DNA of 63,361 nucleotides, counting the filler, from Hyphochytrium catenoides (Eukaryota > Protista > Hyphochytriomycota), in NCBI GenBank assembly GCA_900088475.1. It is 7 parts of 7 records of this genome, joined end to end, with 100 filler letters (N's around TTAATTAATTAA, not from the genome) between each part and the next. Parts side by side here need not be neighbours in the genome. Positions count along the whole stretch, not along the records: positions 60,682 to 62,184 come from FLMG01000182.1; positions 62,285 to 63,361 come from FLMG01001101.1; 5 more parts are not named here. The stretch is one strand, 5' to 3'. A model generated the notes under the pieces. The model did not search any database and was not told where the DNA came from. It saw nothing but the letters and a program-made list of their open reading frames with translations. Positions 60,682-63,361 of the stretch are shown here, one piece after another; positions within the stretch are counted from its first letter, which is position 1, and every line of letters starts with the position of its first letter. The translations under genes and the position numbers were made by a program.

Positions 60682-60897
60682 GAAGGGGCTGAGGGACAGA
60701 GAAACCTAAAGGCTGATTGAGACTGAGGACTGAAGCACAGAGCGAATCCTGAAGGCTGAAGGACAGAGAGACCCTACAGGCTGAAAGCACAGAGAGAAAA
60801 CCTGAAGGCTGAAGGACAGGGAAAAAACGGCAGGGTGAAGGGCAGATAGAAAGCTACAGGATGAAGGAAAGTGAAGGTTGAAGGGCAAAAACCCTGA
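60682..60897. repeat. Degenerate ~25-28-bp tandem repeat (GAAGGCTGAAGGACAGAGA...CCT)
   Basis: About seven imperfect units visible by eye between two gaps. Confidence 0.6.
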
Positions 60898-61871
60898 NNN
60901 NNNNNNNNNNNNNNNNNNNNNNNNNNNNNNNNNNNNNNNNNNNCAGAGCTCGCAACCAAAGGTGGGAGCCATCATTTAGATCTTTTCTCTCGACTGGTGT
61001 GGATGCTGAGCCTATAATGGGAATTGAATGAGGCAAGGACCGGATGACGTAATCGCCATCAATAGACGGGAGATAGCTAAAATAAATAAGGACAGTTGAA
61101 AGACAGTAGGAAAAAGAAAGAGGAGAGAAAGAAGAAGATGTGGGAGAGAGCAAGAGTTACTAGCGAAAAGGACGATAGAGATGACGTTGTGAGAGTTAGC
61201 AGAACTGAGGAAGGACTGACGTGAAAGGATATAGGATTGCGGAAGGAAAGTGAGAATGAGGTGTGAGAAGAGGATGATGATGCGAGTACTGTAGCAGAGG
61301 AGAAAAATGACAGAGACGGGGAAGACTAGGGTTAACCCCTTTTCAGAGAGAAGAGAGTGCCAAGAGGAGAGAGCACCAGAGACTAAGAGCGACGAGCGTA
61401 AATAAAGAGCGTGAGAAGGAAGGAGCGTGGGAGGGAAGGACGTGGGTTGAAGAGGTAGAAGAATGCGGAAGGAGGAGCGAGAGCTGCTGGAACCTAACAA
61501 CGTTCACGAACCAATGTAGAGAGACTCGAAAATTTATTGCAGGGACACGCAGGGAGATGCTTTTCTTCCTACCAGTTCATATGGCGAGAGAGAAAACCGT
61601 AGGGTGAACGAGCGCAAGCGGGAGAGAGAAGCCCTACGAGAAGAGGCATATGCTAGAGGTACCGAGGGTACCGAGGCGGAGCTAAAGATAAGAAAGCGCA
61701 GAGCCGCAGAGCCGCAGGGGATTGGCAGAGGATCAGTTATTGTTGTCTCCTTTAAGGTCGTGCTTCCCTTTCTTTGTAGGCATGTTATGGGCCTACCCGG
61801 ACTGACTCTGCTAGAGGCAGATTCGCAGGATTGAGCCAGAGAGGGAGAGAGAGAGAGAGAGAATAAGAAAG

Positions 61872-62005
61872 AGAGAGAATGAGAGGAGAGTGTGTGAAAG
61901 AGAGAAAGGGAGAGAAAGGGGAAGAGTGAGAGAGAGAATGAGAAGAGAGTGTGTGAAAGAGAGAAAGGGAGAGAGAGGGGAAGAGTGAGAGAGAGAATGA
62001 GAGAG
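61872..62005. repeat. ~58-bp purine-rich tandem duplication
   Basis: gagagaatgaga(g/a)gagagtgtgtgaaagagagaaagggagaga(a/g)aggggaagagtga repeated about 2.3 times. Confidence 0.6.
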
Positions 62006-63361
62006 AAAGAGGAACGACAGAGAGAAAAAGAGAGAAGAGAGAGAGAGAGAGAGAACTGAAGGGTCAGCGGTATGAAGAGAAGCACTACCAGACACAGGGT
62101 TAGGTTGTAAATAAGGCTCCATTAGCTGCTCCATTCTGTTGAGAGCAGTCCGGTCACGACGTACCAACCGGCGCGCTAACAGAGNNNNNNNNNNNNNNNN
62201 NNNNNNNNNNNNNNNNNNNNNNNNNNNNTTAATTAATTAANNNNNNNNNNNNNNNNNNNNNNNNNNNNNNNNNNNNNNNNNNNNAGGGGCCTTCACTATC
62301 CCTGGACACAGAATACAAGCCTATATTGTTCTCTATTGCGAGAGCCTGTAATCGTTGCCCTTGGTCAAAATAGTTCCCAACAAAAACATCCGCGACTTGT
62401 AGTACTGTTACTTGTAGTACTTGTACTTGAAGGTTTACTTGCAGTGAAAGTGGAGTGGAGCCAATAATAATACGAAATGATGAATATTTATGCTCCTGCA
62501 AGTCTCAAGTCTGGCAGTTCGAAGACTTTAATTCTTGTAAGTACTTGGGCGTCGTCCATCATCGAAGATCAAGAAGAGCACGCTGAAGAGAGTCTGAAAA
62601 CTCAAAAAGAGCTTCAAAAAGGCAAAAACCTTGGGCACAGTCTCTCTGCCCTTGAGTCATAGCACGTTATCGACTCGAAGCTCAGCGCTGTTGCCGTGTC
62701 AGGATGTGGATGCGACAGCGCTCATTAGTAAGAGTTGAGGGACGGGACGGCCAACGATAGGCAAGGCAAGAGCTACTAACTAAGAAAGCTAGTATCTTTA
62801 TGGTCAAGAGATGACCTACTCGATCCTTGTCAGGTTTACAGTCTGTTCCATGTAAATGTTGGGATCTTGGGCTCGATCTCCTACCTCTCAAGAACTGCTA
62901 ATGAGAGGTACACCAGCAAAGGTATGGAGAGCTGCCATCTTCGAAGCATGAAGAACACAACCTACTCTTTTAATGCTTTGAATTCAGAAGGATAGCTACG
63001 ACTGGAGTCAATCTCTTTCTAGAAGCAAGGTCAAAGGCAAGCCAAATAGGACAGCAAACATTGGCCCGAATGTTTTGATGAACCACGAGACAGGGAGCTC
63101 AAAAGGTGCACTATTCAGTGCCACGTTCAGGAACCTCTTTGCTTGCTGGACGTCGCCAATCTGCAGGCTGGCTATTGCACCACGCACGCAGAGACGGACA
63201 GTACTTGAGCCATTAAATATCACTGGTGGAAGAGGCCGAGTAAGCTGGTGGCTCCCTCGTCGCTTATTGCGCTTTCCTCCTCTTGAAGTCCTCTTCTTTT
63301 GTTTACTCTCTTCATCCAAGTCGTAACCCAGGATCCTTAAGCAGCGCTTGTAGACAACCAA

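Noticed and set aside
60682-60897. CRISPR-like array
   Set aside because: Degenerate tandem units without unique spacers, no cas genes, and a eukaryotic context.
62477-63361. Possible non-LTR retrotransposon remnants (NIYAP motif at ~62490; 117-aa minus ORF at the window end)
   Set aside because: The motifs are too short and truncated to support a call without an HMM search.

Overview
Eukaryotic draft-genome window, probably an alga or plant-lineage protist: it has a plant-type ferric reductase and an algal-type NRT2, but the taxon cannot be fixed from sequence alone. It is an artificial concatenation of at least seven assembly pieces joined by N-TTAATTAATTAA-N spacers. Recognisable genes are a ferric reductase/oxidase (FRO), a PRDX5-type peroxiredoxin, an RRP6-like DEDDy/HRDC exonuclease, a PH-domain Ser/Thr kinase, a GH18 chitinase lying head-to-head with a ChsD/class VI-like chitin synthase, the kinetochore protein SPC25, a DEP-domain protein and an NRT2 nitrate transporter. 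The rest is decayed Ty1/copia elements, LTRs, TIR elements and (CT)n-rich introns. The most striking signal is a miniature non-autonomous LTR retroelement (TRIM, three insertions at 32.9-36.6 kb). Its LTR contains a TATA-preceded 81-nt tRNA-like module, and that module's 3' end plus CCA is the exact complement of the element's own 14-nt primer-binding site, suggesting a retroelement that encodes its own tRNA-mimic primer. Secondary highlights are the divergent chitin synthase/chitinase pair and an RRP6 homologue apparently ending in a tail anchor.
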